Of a stretch of 64,000 nt of DNA, positions 53,637 to 63,484 are shown in pieces; the stretch's first letter is position 1, and every line of letters begins with the position of its first letter. Below the pieces are notes generated by a model. That model had not been told where the DNA came from and did not search any database. It saw only the letters and a program-made list of their open reading frames with translations. Both the position numbers and the translations under genes were made by a program. This stretch comes from an uncultured Bacillota bacterium (GTDB lineage Bacteria > Bacillota_I > Bacilli_A > RFN20 > CAG-631): assembly GCA_902491575.1 (NCBI GenBank), contig CABUID010000003.1:631-64630 (forward strand), given 5' to 3'.

Positions 53637-54374
53637 TTATTCATATATTATTTGACCTAATGGTTTTAGATAATAATCTAGTTTATTTGGATTAAATAAA
53701 TAAGCCGCTCGTAAATTACATGTCTTTATTCCATTTTGTTCCTGTACGTCTTTATCTGGTGCATAGGTACCCCAAATTTTTGTACCATTTGGCAAATCTT
53801 TAAAATAGTGATATTGTGCATAATCAATGGATAATAGAGCTACATCAAAATTACAAAAGCCATCATCTTCTATCGTCTTTTTCATTTGATAGATGGTCGT
53901 ATCTTTTTCGTTTTCTTTTAATGTGTAATGACTATTCTCATCTTTATAAAGCGTTAACTCGACAACATTTCCTTTTTTGCACTCAATTTCTTGCACATAT
54001 CCCATGACAGTATTTAAAACCATATTATCGCCTATTTCTTGAAAAAATATATATTCATTATCTGTCTTTTTAAAATTTAAGGTGTCTCCAGGTAGCAAAC
54101 TATAAGAATCAATATTAAAGTCTTCTAAACTCGACCATTCTTCTTTTTGTTTTGTAGAAAAATGAAGTAAATCTGGATGTGTATTTTTTAAAAACGGTGT
54201 TCGAATTCGATTAAACTCATCAAAATCTACACTTACATAATCTATTCCTACTTCATAGTCGACAATATATTGACCAACATAAAGTGTTTCTTCAACACTT
54301 TCTGAAGAATGGTTTTCACAACTTGCTAGTAAAGTGCACATCAAAAAGGTCACAATTAATTTTTTTATTTTCAT
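53637..54374 (-). CDS. Lipoprotein, copy 1 of an identical tandem pair (245 aa)
   Basis: Lipobox LLASC. Start placed at MKIKK (RBS AGGAGG); the longer track ORF adds 22 spurious residues. Confidence 0.6.
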   Translation of the reverse strand: MKIKKLIVTFLMCTLLASCENHSSESVEETLYVGQYIVDYEVGIDYVSVDFDEFNRIRTPFLKNTHPDLLHFSTKQKEEWSSLEDFNIDSYSLLPGDTLNFKKTDNEYIFFQEIGDNMVLNTVMGYVQEIECKKGNVVELTLYKDENSHYTLKENEKDTTIYQMKKTIEDDGFCNFDVALLSIDYAQYHYFKDLPNGTKIWGTYAPDKDVQEQNGIKTCNLRAAYLFNPNKLDYYLKPLGQIIYE

Positions 54375-54572
54375 AAAATTTCCTCCTTCTAAACAACTGC
54401 AAATATAAAGAACACCATATTCACTGTACAATTTTATCATTTAAAGTCACAATATAAATGAGATGATATCTTTACAATTTTTTAGATGCGACGATTTTAG
54501 AAACTTATCATTTCTTATAAAAACAAATATGATTAAAATAATTATTTTTCATAGTAGTTTCTTTTCGATTTT

Positions 54573-55310
54573 TTATTCATATATTATTTGACCTAATGGT
54601 TTTAGATAATAATCTAGTTTATTTGGATTAAATAAATAAGCCGCTCGTAAATTACATGTCTTTATTCCATTTTGTTCCTGTACGTCTTTATCTGGTGCAT
54701 AGGTACCCCAAATTTTTGTACCATTTGGCAAATCTTTAAAATAGTGATATTGTGCATAATCAATGGATAATAGAGCTACATCAAAATTACAAAAGCCATC
54801 ATCTTCTATCGTCTTTTTCATTTGATAGATGGTCGTATCTTTTTCGTTTTCTTTTAATGTGTAATGACTATTCTCATCTTTATAAAGCGTTAACTCGACA
54901 ACATTTCCTTTTTTGCACTCAATTTCTTGCACATATCCCATGACAGTATTTAAAACCATATTATCGCCTATTTCTTGAAAAAATATATATTCATTATCTG
55001 TCTTTTTAAAATTTAAGGTGTCTCCAGGTAGCAAACTATAAGAATCAATATTAAAGTCTTCTAAACTCGACCATTCTTCTTTTTGTTTTGTAGAAAAATG
55101 AAGTAAATCTGGATGTGTATTTTTTAAAAACGGTGTTCGAATTCGATTAAACTCATCAAAATCTACACTTACATAATCTATTCCTACTTCATAGTCGACA
55201 ATATATTGACCAACATAAAGTGTTTCTTCAACACTTTCTGAAGAATGGTTTTCACAACTTGCTAGTAAAGTGCACATCAAAAAGGTCACAATTAATTTTT
55301 TTATTTTCAT
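54573..55310 (-). CDS. Lipoprotein, copy 2 of an identical tandem pair (245 aa)
   Basis: 100 % identical protein to copy 1, with RBS AAAGGA. Confidence 0.6.
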   Translation of the reverse strand: MKIKKLIVTFLMCTLLASCENHSSESVEETLYVGQYIVDYEVGIDYVSVDFDEFNRIRTPFLKNTHPDLLHFSTKQKEEWSSLEDFNIDSYSLLPGDTLNFKKTDNEYIFFQEIGDNMVLNTVMGYVQEIECKKGNVVELTLYKDENSHYTLKENEKDTTIYQMKKTIEDDGFCNFDVALLSIDYAQYHYFKDLPNGTKIWGTYAPDKDVQEQNGIKTCNLRAAYLFNPNKLDYYLKPLGQIIYE

Positions 55311-55364
55311 AAAATTTCCTTTCTATTTTTTTATTAATTTGATATCTATTATTTCAATATATCT

Positions 55365-57134
55365 TTATTTATAATTTTGAGATTGTGCATCAAATAATTT
55401 TTTATATAATCCATTTATTTTCATAAGTTCATTATGATTTCCATCTTCAACAATTTTACCATTTTCAAAAACTAAAATACGGCTACATTTTTTTGCACAA
55501 CCTAATCTATGAGATATAAAAATACTGGTTTTATCTTTTGTTAATTGTTGCATCTTTTCAAAAATATCTAATTCAGCAATTGGATCTAAAGAACTAGTTG
55601 GTTCATCAAGAATACAAATTTTTGACTCTTTTGCAAATGCTCTTGCAATTGCAATTCTTTGTGCCTCTCCTCCAGATGGTTCAAAACCATTTTCATCAAA
55701 TACCCGATATACGAAAGTGTCTTCTTTATTTGAAAGACTATTAATTTTATCTTCTAATCCACTTTTTAAAATTGCTTCTTGAATTTCCTTATTCTTATCA
55801 AATACAATATTTTCTTTAATAGAATATGCAAATAACTTAAAATCTTGGAAAACAACTGCAAATAATTTAAGATATTCAGTATACGTTATATCTTTAATAT
55901 TAACTCCATTTAAAAGAATCTCTCCACTATTTGGTTCATACAAGCGAAGAAGTAATTTAATAAAAGTTGTTTTACCACTACCATTAAAACCAACAAAAGC
56001 TATTTTTTCTCCACTTTGAATTTTTAAGTCTAAATCAGTAAAAATCGGCTTATCACTTCCGGGATAAGTAAAACATACTTTTTTAAATTCAAATGAAAAT
56101 TCATTTTTATAATCATAATTTATATTTTCATTTTTTATATTATTTTTCCTTGGCAAATTCGTAAACTCAATTAAATCATTAATATATAATTTCATACTTG
56201 AAATACTTAATAAACTATTAATAATGGAATTTAAAGAATTTGATAAAGTAAAGATTGCATTAAAATACATAGTAAATAAACCATAAGTTATTTTACCTTT
56301 AATGACTTCAAAACCTAAAAGTAAATAAGCCACAAAGTATTGGATATAATAAGTAAAACTTCCAATGTTTTGATTTTTTAATAAGAGGCTTCTATTTTTT
56401 TTATAAAACAACGTAACTTTATCAAAAGTAGTATCGTATTTTTTAATTAAATAATTTTCAAGATTATTAATTCTAGTTTCTTTTGCATATGAAAAATCTG
56501 TTATTATGGAAGCAATATAATTATATTCTCTTTCATATGGTTTCTTTTTAGAATCTATTTCATAAATTTTTTTATTGGTATAATAATTAGTTAAAGTATT
56601 TATAATTAATACTAAGGCAATAATTAATATCATTAAATAATGTAAAGAAATTACAATATATGAAATAGATAAAATAATGATAATGTCTGTAATTATATCA
56701 AAAAAATCTTCTAATGTCGCACAAAAACCCTTTCCATTAGAATAAGCACTTTGATAAGCTTTTTGTTGCAAATCTAAAGTTTTTGGATCTTGTGTATATG
56801 CATAATCCATTTCAAGTACTAGTTTGTTCATATAATTATCAAATTTATGAAAAAGTTCATTTTTAATTAAAGAATTAACAAATTGTAATAATTGTGATAT
56901 CCAATCAACAAAAAGCAATATTAAACAAAAAAATACAATTTTAGGAAAAAAATGAATTATTTCATTAGATGAAAAAATTGCATCTATTATTATTGAAGGA
57001 TAAATAGCCAAGAAGACGGATTTAAATATTTTTAAAAATTTAATTAAAAAAGTGACAATAAACCAGCGTTTGTCTGTTTTAAAAATAAACTTCATTAAAA
57101 ATTTTATTACACCAAAAAAACCATTTTTCTTCAT
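55365..57134 (-). CDS. ABC exporter, fused TMD-NBD half-transporter (ABCB/type I exporter)
   Basis: Six N-terminal TMs. Walker A GFNGSGKTT, signature PSGGEAQRIAIARAF and Walker B ICILDEPTSSLD are present. Confidence 0.8.
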   Translation of the reverse strand: MKKNGFFGVIKFLMKFIFKTDKRWFIVTFLIKFLKIFKSVFLAIYPSIIIDAIFSSNEIIHFFPKIVFFCLILLFVDWISQLLQFVNSLIKNELFHKFDNYMNKLVLEMDYAYTQDPKTLDLQQKAYQSAYSNGKGFCATLEDFFDIITDIIIILSISYIVISLHYLMILIIALVLIINTLTNYYTNKKIYEIDSKKKPYEREYNYIASIITDFSYAKETRINNLENYLIKKYDTTFDKVTLFYKKNRSLLLKNQNIGSFTYYIQYFVAYLLLGFEVIKGKITYGLFTMYFNAIFTLSNSLNSIINSLLSISSMKLYINDLIEFTNLPRKNNIKNENINYDYKNEFSFEFKKVCFTYPGSDKPIFTDLDLKIQSGEKIAFVGFNGSGKTTFIKLLLRLYEPNSGEILLNGVNIKDITYTEYLKLFAVVFQDFKLFAYSIKENIVFDKNKEIQEAILKSGLEDKINSLSNKEDTFVYRVFDENGFEPSGGEAQRIAIARAFAKESKICILDEPTSSLDPIAELDIFEKMQQLTKDKTSIFISHRLGCAKKCSRILVFENGKIVEDGNHNELMKINGLYKKLFDAQSQNYK

Positions 57135-58140
57135 ACTTGCCCCCTAAAAAACTAAATTCTTTATTATGAAATATTATTTAGAATCCATCAAAAATATATT
57201 CATTATATAATTTCTAAATGAATATACTTGATAATGTATATACTATTTGTCATTCCAATCAAAATTTAAAAAACCAAAAAATATTTTATTTTGTATAATA
57301 AATTTGTATTTAATGAGTATAATTAACTCTATAACAAGCAGTATAGTTCTTATTTTCAAATTAATAAAGTTTATATGATATTTTTGATTTTTCTTCAAAG
57401 TATAAATATAATTTTTTTATCTTTTATAATTATTTCTATACTTCTTCTCACTTTTATAAAATGGCACCGCTCGTTATTATACTTATTAATAATCTTTTCT
57501 ATAATCCAACTCTATTATATATTGTATACAATTATTATTTTTATTGTCCCTATAATAATGTTTCATATTTTTAAATCTTTAACCCATTACAAATGTTCAA
57601 CAGAAAATGACTCTAATTTTAGTAATCATTCTTTCTATTATTTTTAATTAATAACTCAAAATGTCTAATGTTTTTTTATTCAGGTTGAGCAATATCGTAA
57701 TTTTTATTATCTAATTCGAAAACATAAAATAATATTTAAAAAAACGAGAATTTTCTTCAAATATATCTTCATATATTTTGTTTAATTATAAAATCCATAG
57801 GAATCTTCCTGTTCTTAATATGGTTTTCATTTTATATCATCCTTCTTTATACCTACTTCATTTTAACATTTAATTTTATCTAAAATTATTAATATTCTAA
57901 TGAATGTTCATTTATTTTAATACTCTGCTTTTATTTTATTGTATCATATAATTTATTTTTTTCAAAACAATTCAATAAAAAATTCTTAATTATTTGTTCA
58001 TTATAATATACCTGTTAGACTTTTAGAAAATATAATCAAAAAATTATTCGAAAGAGTTTTCCAATAATAGGATTTTATATTAATTTATTATTTTATTGTT
58101 TTTGGACACATACATTTATCGTTCCACAATATAAAAAAGA

Positions 58141-58200
58141 ATCAAGTTAAACACACTTGATTCCATCTATTAGAAAACTACTAAAAATTGGGACGCTCTA
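58141..58200 (-). terminator. Tandem hairpins downstream of the metallophosphoesterase gene, including a terminator-like stem followed by T6 on the minus strand
   Basis: A 12-bp stem aaaactactaaa/tttagtagtttt and a 7-bp stem atcaagt/acttgat are present. The latter is followed on the minus strand by CTTTTTTAT. Confidence 0.45.
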
Positions 58201-58212
58201 TTTAGTAGTTTT

Positions 58213-59955
58213 TTAGTATTTAAAGTCAATTTGTAAAATCTCACTTCTTCCTGTCGTTCTAAGTGGAAATCCCCAAGTACCATATCCTTTCGTGACATAA
58301 AGAGAAAAATCATTTTCCTGATAAAGACCATTCACTTTATCACAATGATAAACGAAAGAAGAATAAAGTTGAACAATCCAATTTGCAGGAAATAATTGGC
58401 CATTATGTGTATGACCGGATAATTGTAAAATAGCTCCAGCATCTTTAGCTTCTTCATATTCATAGGGTTGATGATCCAAAACAATTAACGGCAACGATAA
58501 ATCCAAATCTAATATTTCATTAATTCTTGCGCGATCATCATAAATATAGTCCAAACGTCCTAGAACGACTATTTCGTTATTAATTATAACATAATCATCT
58601 ACTAAAAGGTCAATATTTGTTTCTTTAAAAAAATTAATTACCTCATAATAACCATTATATTCATATTCATGATTTCCAGGCACAGCAAAAACCCCTAGTT
58701 TCGATTCAATTTTATTGATATTATCTATAAAATAATCTTTATCCAATTTTTCTATTTCATTATCGATGATATCTCCCACTAAAAAAACAATGTCAGGATT
58801 TAAAGCATTAATTTCTTGAACCATTTTTTCTAAATGAAGAATACTTCCTGTTGAAGCATAATGAATATCGGATAAAGCAACAATATTTAAAGTTTTTTCT
58901 CCAGTACCAACTGTCAAATGAGTTGTTTTAGGAACTTTTACACTTACTACTCCAATCAGGGTAATGATTAAAGTAGAAATCAAAGATAGAACAAGACCAT
59001 AAGATCGACTTCTTATAGACTTAAAAATTTCTTTTTTACTCACTTTATAAATCAGCCATTTTATAGGGAAAATCACCATCATAGATAAAACCAAATACAA
59101 ATATAAAGCTAAAATAACAAAACCAAGACTTGATAAAAAAGATAAAAAAGGAGAATTAAACCGGTTAAAATAATCGATTAAAGAAAAAATGGGAATGAGA
59201 ATGCTAATGATATAAATTGTTAAAATTGCTTTATGATAATGCTCAAAAGAGCGATATAAAAATCGAGCAAAATAAATAACAAGTAAAATATAAAGTAATA
59301 TTCCAATCATGAAAACAGTTAATTCTGTTGAAGCTTTAATTTGATATAATTCTTTATATTGCCATCCATTATTTTTAGTGATAAATAAAGTAGCTATGAC
59401 ATCACTTAAAAATAATACAAAAAAAGTAATGACAAAGGGAGCGTAAAATTTTTCAGGAATGTTATCCACTTGATATTTTATAATAGGAATAATAAACATG
59501 ACTAAAAAAGTACCTAAAACACCCCATATTAAGCCCACTGTTAAACTAACATATTTATATGATAAAGGCATAAAACCATCGTATGTCCATAATACTTCTT
59601 TGAAAAGAAGTTCACAAACATTGCCAACAATAAATTCAACGAGAGATATTCCTCCCCCAATAATGAAAGTATATAAAAAGAAATTTTTTAAGGAAGCTTT
59701 CGGCGTTTTAATGTAAAGCAAACCAAATAAAACACAAAAGAAATAAACAGGAATAAATGGACCAATTAAAAAACCTCTATCGTAAAGATAGCCCATTGCA
59801 ATATAATCCAAAATTGTTTCCATAAAGAAAGCCAAAACGCCAACCATTACAGCGATAAAAAAGATGGCAAATAAATTCTTCTTACTAATTTTTATAAAAG
59901 GAAACTTTTTTGTATATTGAAGTTCAAAACAATTTCCACTTAACATATCGCCCAC
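58213..59955 (-). CDS. Polytopic membrane protein with C-terminal calcineurin-like metallophosphoesterase domain
   Basis: About 330 aa of TM helices are followed by phosphoesterase motifs ALSDIHY, GDIIDN, GNHEYE and GHTHNGQ. Confidence 0.7.
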   Translation of the reverse strand: MGDMLSGNCFELQYTKKFPFIKISKKNLFAIFFIAVMVGVLAFFMETILDYIAMGYLYDRGFLIGPFIPVYFFCVLFGLLYIKTPKASLKNFFLYTFIIGGGISLVEFIVGNVCELLFKEVLWTYDGFMPLSYKYVSLTVGLIWGVLGTFLVMFIIPIIKYQVDNIPEKFYAPFVITFFVLFLSDVIATLFITKNNGWQYKELYQIKASTELTVFMIGILLYILLVIYFARFLYRSFEHYHKAILTIYIISILIPIFSLIDYFNRFNSPFLSFLSSLGFVILALYLYLVLSMMVIFPIKWLIYKVSKKEIFKSIRSRSYGLVLSLISTLIITLIGVVSVKVPKTTHLTVGTGEKTLNIVALSDIHYASTGSILHLEKMVQEINALNPDIVFLVGDIIDNEIEKLDKDYFIDNINKIESKLGVFAVPGNHEYEYNGYYEVINFFKETNIDLLVDDYVIINNEIVVLGRLDYIYDDRARINEILDLDLSLPLIVLDHQPYEYEEAKDAGAILQLSGHTHNGQLFPANWIVQLYSSFVYHCDKVNGLYQENDFSLYVTKGYGTWGFPLRTTGRSEILQIDFKY

Positions 59956-59972
59956 CTACTTCTTATCAAAGT

Positions 59973-61994
59973 TTAAAGCAAAACACATAATAAAGCAATA
60001 ACTAATCCAATACATGCCATTAAAAAATCAAAAGCAAAAGTAGAATTAAGAGTATCTTGAACATCTTTTATAATCAAATGACCTTCTAATAGACGATAAG
60101 AATAATAAGGTTTTTCTGTCTTTTTATAATGGTCTAAGATTCTTCCTAATTTATAAGTGAATGGTGAACTATCAAATTGATATTTATATTGTCTTAAAAT
60201 AAATCTTTTTACAAAATAAATACAACCATCCATCAGTTCAGATAAAGAACGAACTAAAAATATTATTCCATAACTTATAAAATTCAAACTATTTTTATCT
60301 TTAATACGGAAAACCATTGGTCGATAAATTAAATTTTCCATATCCAACCAACTTGGCCATCGGTTCACATAAAATTGACGACCTTTTGCATCCTTTTTTA
60401 TCAAGACGAAACGAACAAATAAGAAATAAACTAATAAGCCAATACCTATAGATATAAATGCTCCTGACATATTTTTTAAAGAAAAATACGGAATAAAAGT
60501 TAATTCTTCTTCTATTTTAAAGAAAGAGGAAGATAATTTCATTAAATAATGGGAAGTATATTGAGGAATGCAACCTAATAAAGGTAAAATGAATGATGAA
60601 AGAACAACCACTATTGTCGTTGGAAGACTCATAAATCTACGTTCTCTATCAAACATTCTTTGCATTTCCTCATCATTATTTTTTTCTATAAAAATACAAA
60701 CAAAAAGTTTTAACATATAAGCAATGGTCAAACCACCTGCAAATAAAAAGGCATATTCAACCAATTTCATTAAAAATAAAGAAGATGAAGAAAGCAAATG
60801 ACAATATTCAACAATGGATTCATGAATTAAAGTTTTAGAGATATAACCACCAAATAAAGGGATTCCCATTAAAGATAAGGCTGCAAAAGCAAAACAGACC
60901 ATTAACAAACGTTTCTTACGACCAAAACCTCGAATTTCATTTAAATCCAAACGATGAACATTCATATAAACCACACCAGCAATCATAAACAATGATAATT
61001 TAATCAAAGAGTGATTAACCATATGCAAAAAACTGCCTTCAAAAGCTAATATGTTTTCACTTTGCAAAAAAATCATCATGGCAAGACCTGTTAAAATAAA
61101 TCCTATTTGAGACATTGAAGAACAGGCCAATGTACGTTTTAAATCGATTGAAAAAACAGCTAAGACAGCCCCTAATAGCATCGTAATCATAGCTAAAATT
61201 AATAGCAAAACAGCAAAAGATTTTACTGTTTGGAAAATACAAGTCACACAAATAATAATTCCAAAAACTCCTGTTTTCGTTAAGATACCTGATAACAACG
61301 CACTTGCAGGTGCAGGTGCAACAGGGTGAGCCTTTGGTAACCAAATATGCAAAGGAAACATACCTGCTTTGGCTCCAAAACCAATCAAAAGCAATACACC
61401 ACCAGTATATGTTTTTCTCGAAATTCCTTCTTTGCACATCTGGTAAATACTTTCAAAATCCAAAGTATCCAATTCTCCTTGAATTAAAAACATTCCCATC
61501 AATAAAATCATTCCAGAAATAATAGCAATAATTAAATAAGTAGCGGCTGCTTTTATCGCTTCTTTTGTTTCTTCATGCACAACTAAAACAAAAGAAGTTA
61601 AAGACATAAGTTCAAAAAATAGAAATGTTGTCCATAAATTATTCGAATAAAAAACACCAACGGTTGCTCCTAAAGTCAAAAGATTAAATAAATAATAACG
61701 ATCTTTTTTATCGTAAAAGAGCATATATTGTCTTGAAAAAATTAAAGTACAGGTCCACATAAATCCACATATTATCGCATAGATAGCTCTAAATCCATCG
61801 GCTTTAAAACTAAAACCAAGTACTTCATTTTCAATCGGATAAGCAAAAGCAACATAAAACATAAATATCAATTCAAGGATGGATACAATAATAGCCGTAA
61901 TATCCCTTTTCCGATTTCGTTTGTTTACAAAATAATTGATGGCTCCCATAATCATTGGGAAAAAAACTAAAATAACCAAAATATAATTTTTCAT
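59973..61994 (-). CDS. Complex-I antiporter-like subunit (NuoL/MrpA/HyfB-like, PF00361-type) with ~180-aa C-terminal extension
   Basis: TM5 FFELMSL (Glu), TM7 GFGAKAGMFPLHIWLPKAH (Lys) and HSLIKLSLFM (Lys) are present. Length is 673 aa. Confidence 0.65.
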   Translation of the reverse strand: MKNYILVILVFFPMIMGAINYFVNKRNRKRDITAIIVSILELIFMFYVAFAYPIENEVLGFSFKADGFRAIYAIICGFMWTCTLIFSRQYMLFYDKKDRYYLFNLLTLGATVGVFYSNNLWTTFLFFELMSLTSFVLVVHEETKEAIKAAATYLIIAIISGMILLMGMFLIQGELDTLDFESIYQMCKEGISRKTYTGGVLLLIGFGAKAGMFPLHIWLPKAHPVAPAPASALLSGILTKTGVFGIIICVTCIFQTVKSFAVLLLILAMITMLLGAVLAVFSIDLKRTLACSSMSQIGFILTGLAMMIFLQSENILAFEGSFLHMVNHSLIKLSLFMIAGVVYMNVHRLDLNEIRGFGRKKRLLMVCFAFAALSLMGIPLFGGYISKTLIHESIVEYCHLLSSSSLFLMKLVEYAFLFAGGLTIAYMLKLFVCIFIEKNNDEEMQRMFDRERRFMSLPTTIVVVLSSFILPLLGCIPQYTSHYLMKLSSSFFKIEEELTFIPYFSLKNMSGAFISIGIGLLVYFLFVRFVLIKKDAKGRQFYVNRWPSWLDMENLIYRPMVFRIKDKNSLNFISYGIIFLVRSLSELMDGCIYFVKRFILRQYKYQFDSSPFTYKLGRILDHYKKTEKPYYSYRLLEGHLIIKDVQDTLNSTFAFDFLMACIGLVIALLCVLL

Positions 61995-61996
61995 CC

Positions 61997-63484
61997 TTAC
62001 AATCCTCCTCCCAATAATTTTTCAATCACTTGTAATAAAGGTGAACCAATCATCCCCAATAAGAAAGAGCATAAGGCAAATGTACAAATTGGCAAAAGAA
62101 ATTTATAATTTCCATCTTTGGCTTTTTCATAATTTTCAATATTATAAAAATTAGGTCTTTTAAAATAAGCTCGAAGGATAATATCCATAACATATATAGC
62201 CGTTAATAAAGCAGAAATAAGTAAGCAAACAATTCCAACAATCGAATACCATTGATTGACAAGTATAGCAGAATTAGCAATTTCGATTTTTGAAATAAAA
62301 CCTGCAAATAATGGAATACCAATTAAAGAAAAACCTGCTAAAATATAGCAAACAAAAGTGACAGGCATTTTCGATGCTAATCCATTCATTTGGTCAACAT
62401 AAATAACATCTGCTTTTTTCATCAATTCACCAGCAATAAAGAATAATGTTATTTTTGCAAAAGAATGAAAAATCATATGTAACATGGCTGCATAAAGACC
62501 ATAAGCATTCATCATTGTGGCAGCAAGTAAGATGTAAGAAATATTTGCAATCGTTGAATAGGCAAACCTTCTTTTCAAATGAATTTGCTTTAAAGCCATA
62601 GAAGAGCCAAAAAGAATAGTTATAGAAGCCATCATTGTCGTAATCATTTGAACAACACTGCCACTTAAGATTTCACATCCCATTACGGAATAAATTGTAC
62701 GAATGATTGCAAAAGCACCCGCTTTTACAACGGCTACAGCATGAAGCAATGCTGTCGTTGGAGTTGGAGCGGCCCCTGCTCGAGGAAGCCAACCATGTAA
62801 AGGAAAAATGGCAGCTTTTACTCCAAAGCCTATAAAAAGAAGCATGTATGCCACATAAGCACTATTTTGATGTTGCATGTAGATCGAAAGTTGTGATAGT
62901 TCAAATACATTGATAAAATCTCCTGTATTAAAAATACAAATAAGCATGATAATCCCAATTAAAGCTAATGTTGAACCAAATAAAGATATATATAAATAAT
63001 ATCTTCCAGCTCTTTTAGCTTCTTTAGTCATTGGATGAATAATCAAAGGAATAGTTACTAAAGTAAGTAATTCATAGAATACATACATGGTAATTAAATT
63101 ACCTGCCAAAGATATTCCTAATACAATGCCAAAGGTAATTACATAAAACATCGCATAATTTTTCTTTTTATCTTCATTTTGCATATAGGCCATTGTATAT
63201 AAATAAGCAAATGGCCACAATATACAAACCATAAAAGTAAAAATTCGACCAATTCCATCAAGTTTTAAAAAGATTCTTAAACGTTCATTGAATCGGAAAA
63301 TATAGCAACTTTCTTCAGGAGGTAGAATTACCAGTAATATCGTAAAGACAGCCGTCAAAATTATAATTAATAAATTAACGATTTCCTTTTGCTTTTCACT
63401 TATCTTTAAACTTCGATTAATGATTGCAAAGATAATTGGAAATAAAATTGGAAGTATTAACAAATATTCATTCATAACAATCAC
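61997..63484 (-). CDS. Complex-I antiporter-like subunit (NuoM/N / MrpD-like, PF00361-type)
   Basis: YVFYELLTL (Glu), GFGVKAAIFPLHGWLPRAGAAPTPTTALLHAVAVV and HSFAKITLFFIAGEL are present. There is a 2-nt gap to the next gene. Confidence 0.7.
   Translation of the reverse strand: MIVMNEYLLILPILFPIIFAIINRSLKISEKQKEIVNLLIIILTAVFTILLVILPPEESCYIFRFNERLRIFLKLDGIGRIFTFMVCILWPFAYLYTMAYMQNEDKKKNYAMFYVITFGIVLGISLAGNLITMYVFYELLTLVTIPLIIHPMTKEAKRAGRYYLYISLFGSTLALIGIIMLICIFNTGDFINVFELSQLSIYMQHQNSAYVAYMLLFIGFGVKAAIFPLHGWLPRAGAAPTPTTALLHAVAVVKAGAFAIIRTIYSVMGCEILSGSVVQMITTMMASITILFGSSMALKQIHLKRRFAYSTIANISYILLAATMMNAYGLYAAMLHMIFHSFAKITLFFIAGELMKKADVIYVDQMNGLASKMPVTFVCYILAGFSLIGIPLFAGFISKIEIANSAILVNQWYSIVGIVCLLISALLTAIYVMDIILRAYFKRPNFYNIENYEKAKDGNYKFLLPICTFALCSFLLGMIGSPLLQVIEKLLGGGL

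Larger units (their letters stand above)
53619..55320. repeat. Perfect direct tandem duplication: ~766-bp unit (53619-54384 and 54555-55320) separated by a 170-bp unique spacer, period 936 bp
   Basis: Identical DNA across the CDS plus 18 bp of 3' flank and ~10 bp of 5' flank. It diverges at the RBS region (ccttct vs ttctat). Confidence 0.85.

Noticed and set aside
53637-54440. N-terminal 22-residue extension (MIKLYSEYGVLYICSCLEGGNF) on lipoprotein copy 1
   Set aside because: Copy 2 lacks it. The shared MKIKK start has an AGGAGG RBS, and the extension lies outside the duplicated unit.
57375-57647. 90-aa ORF composed almost entirely of I/L/F/Y (MIFLIFLQSINIIFLSF...)
   Set aside because: Sits in ~20 % GC spacer and its composition is what TTT/ATT/ATA-rich DNA translates to. 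There is no RBS, so I take it as a compositional artefact.
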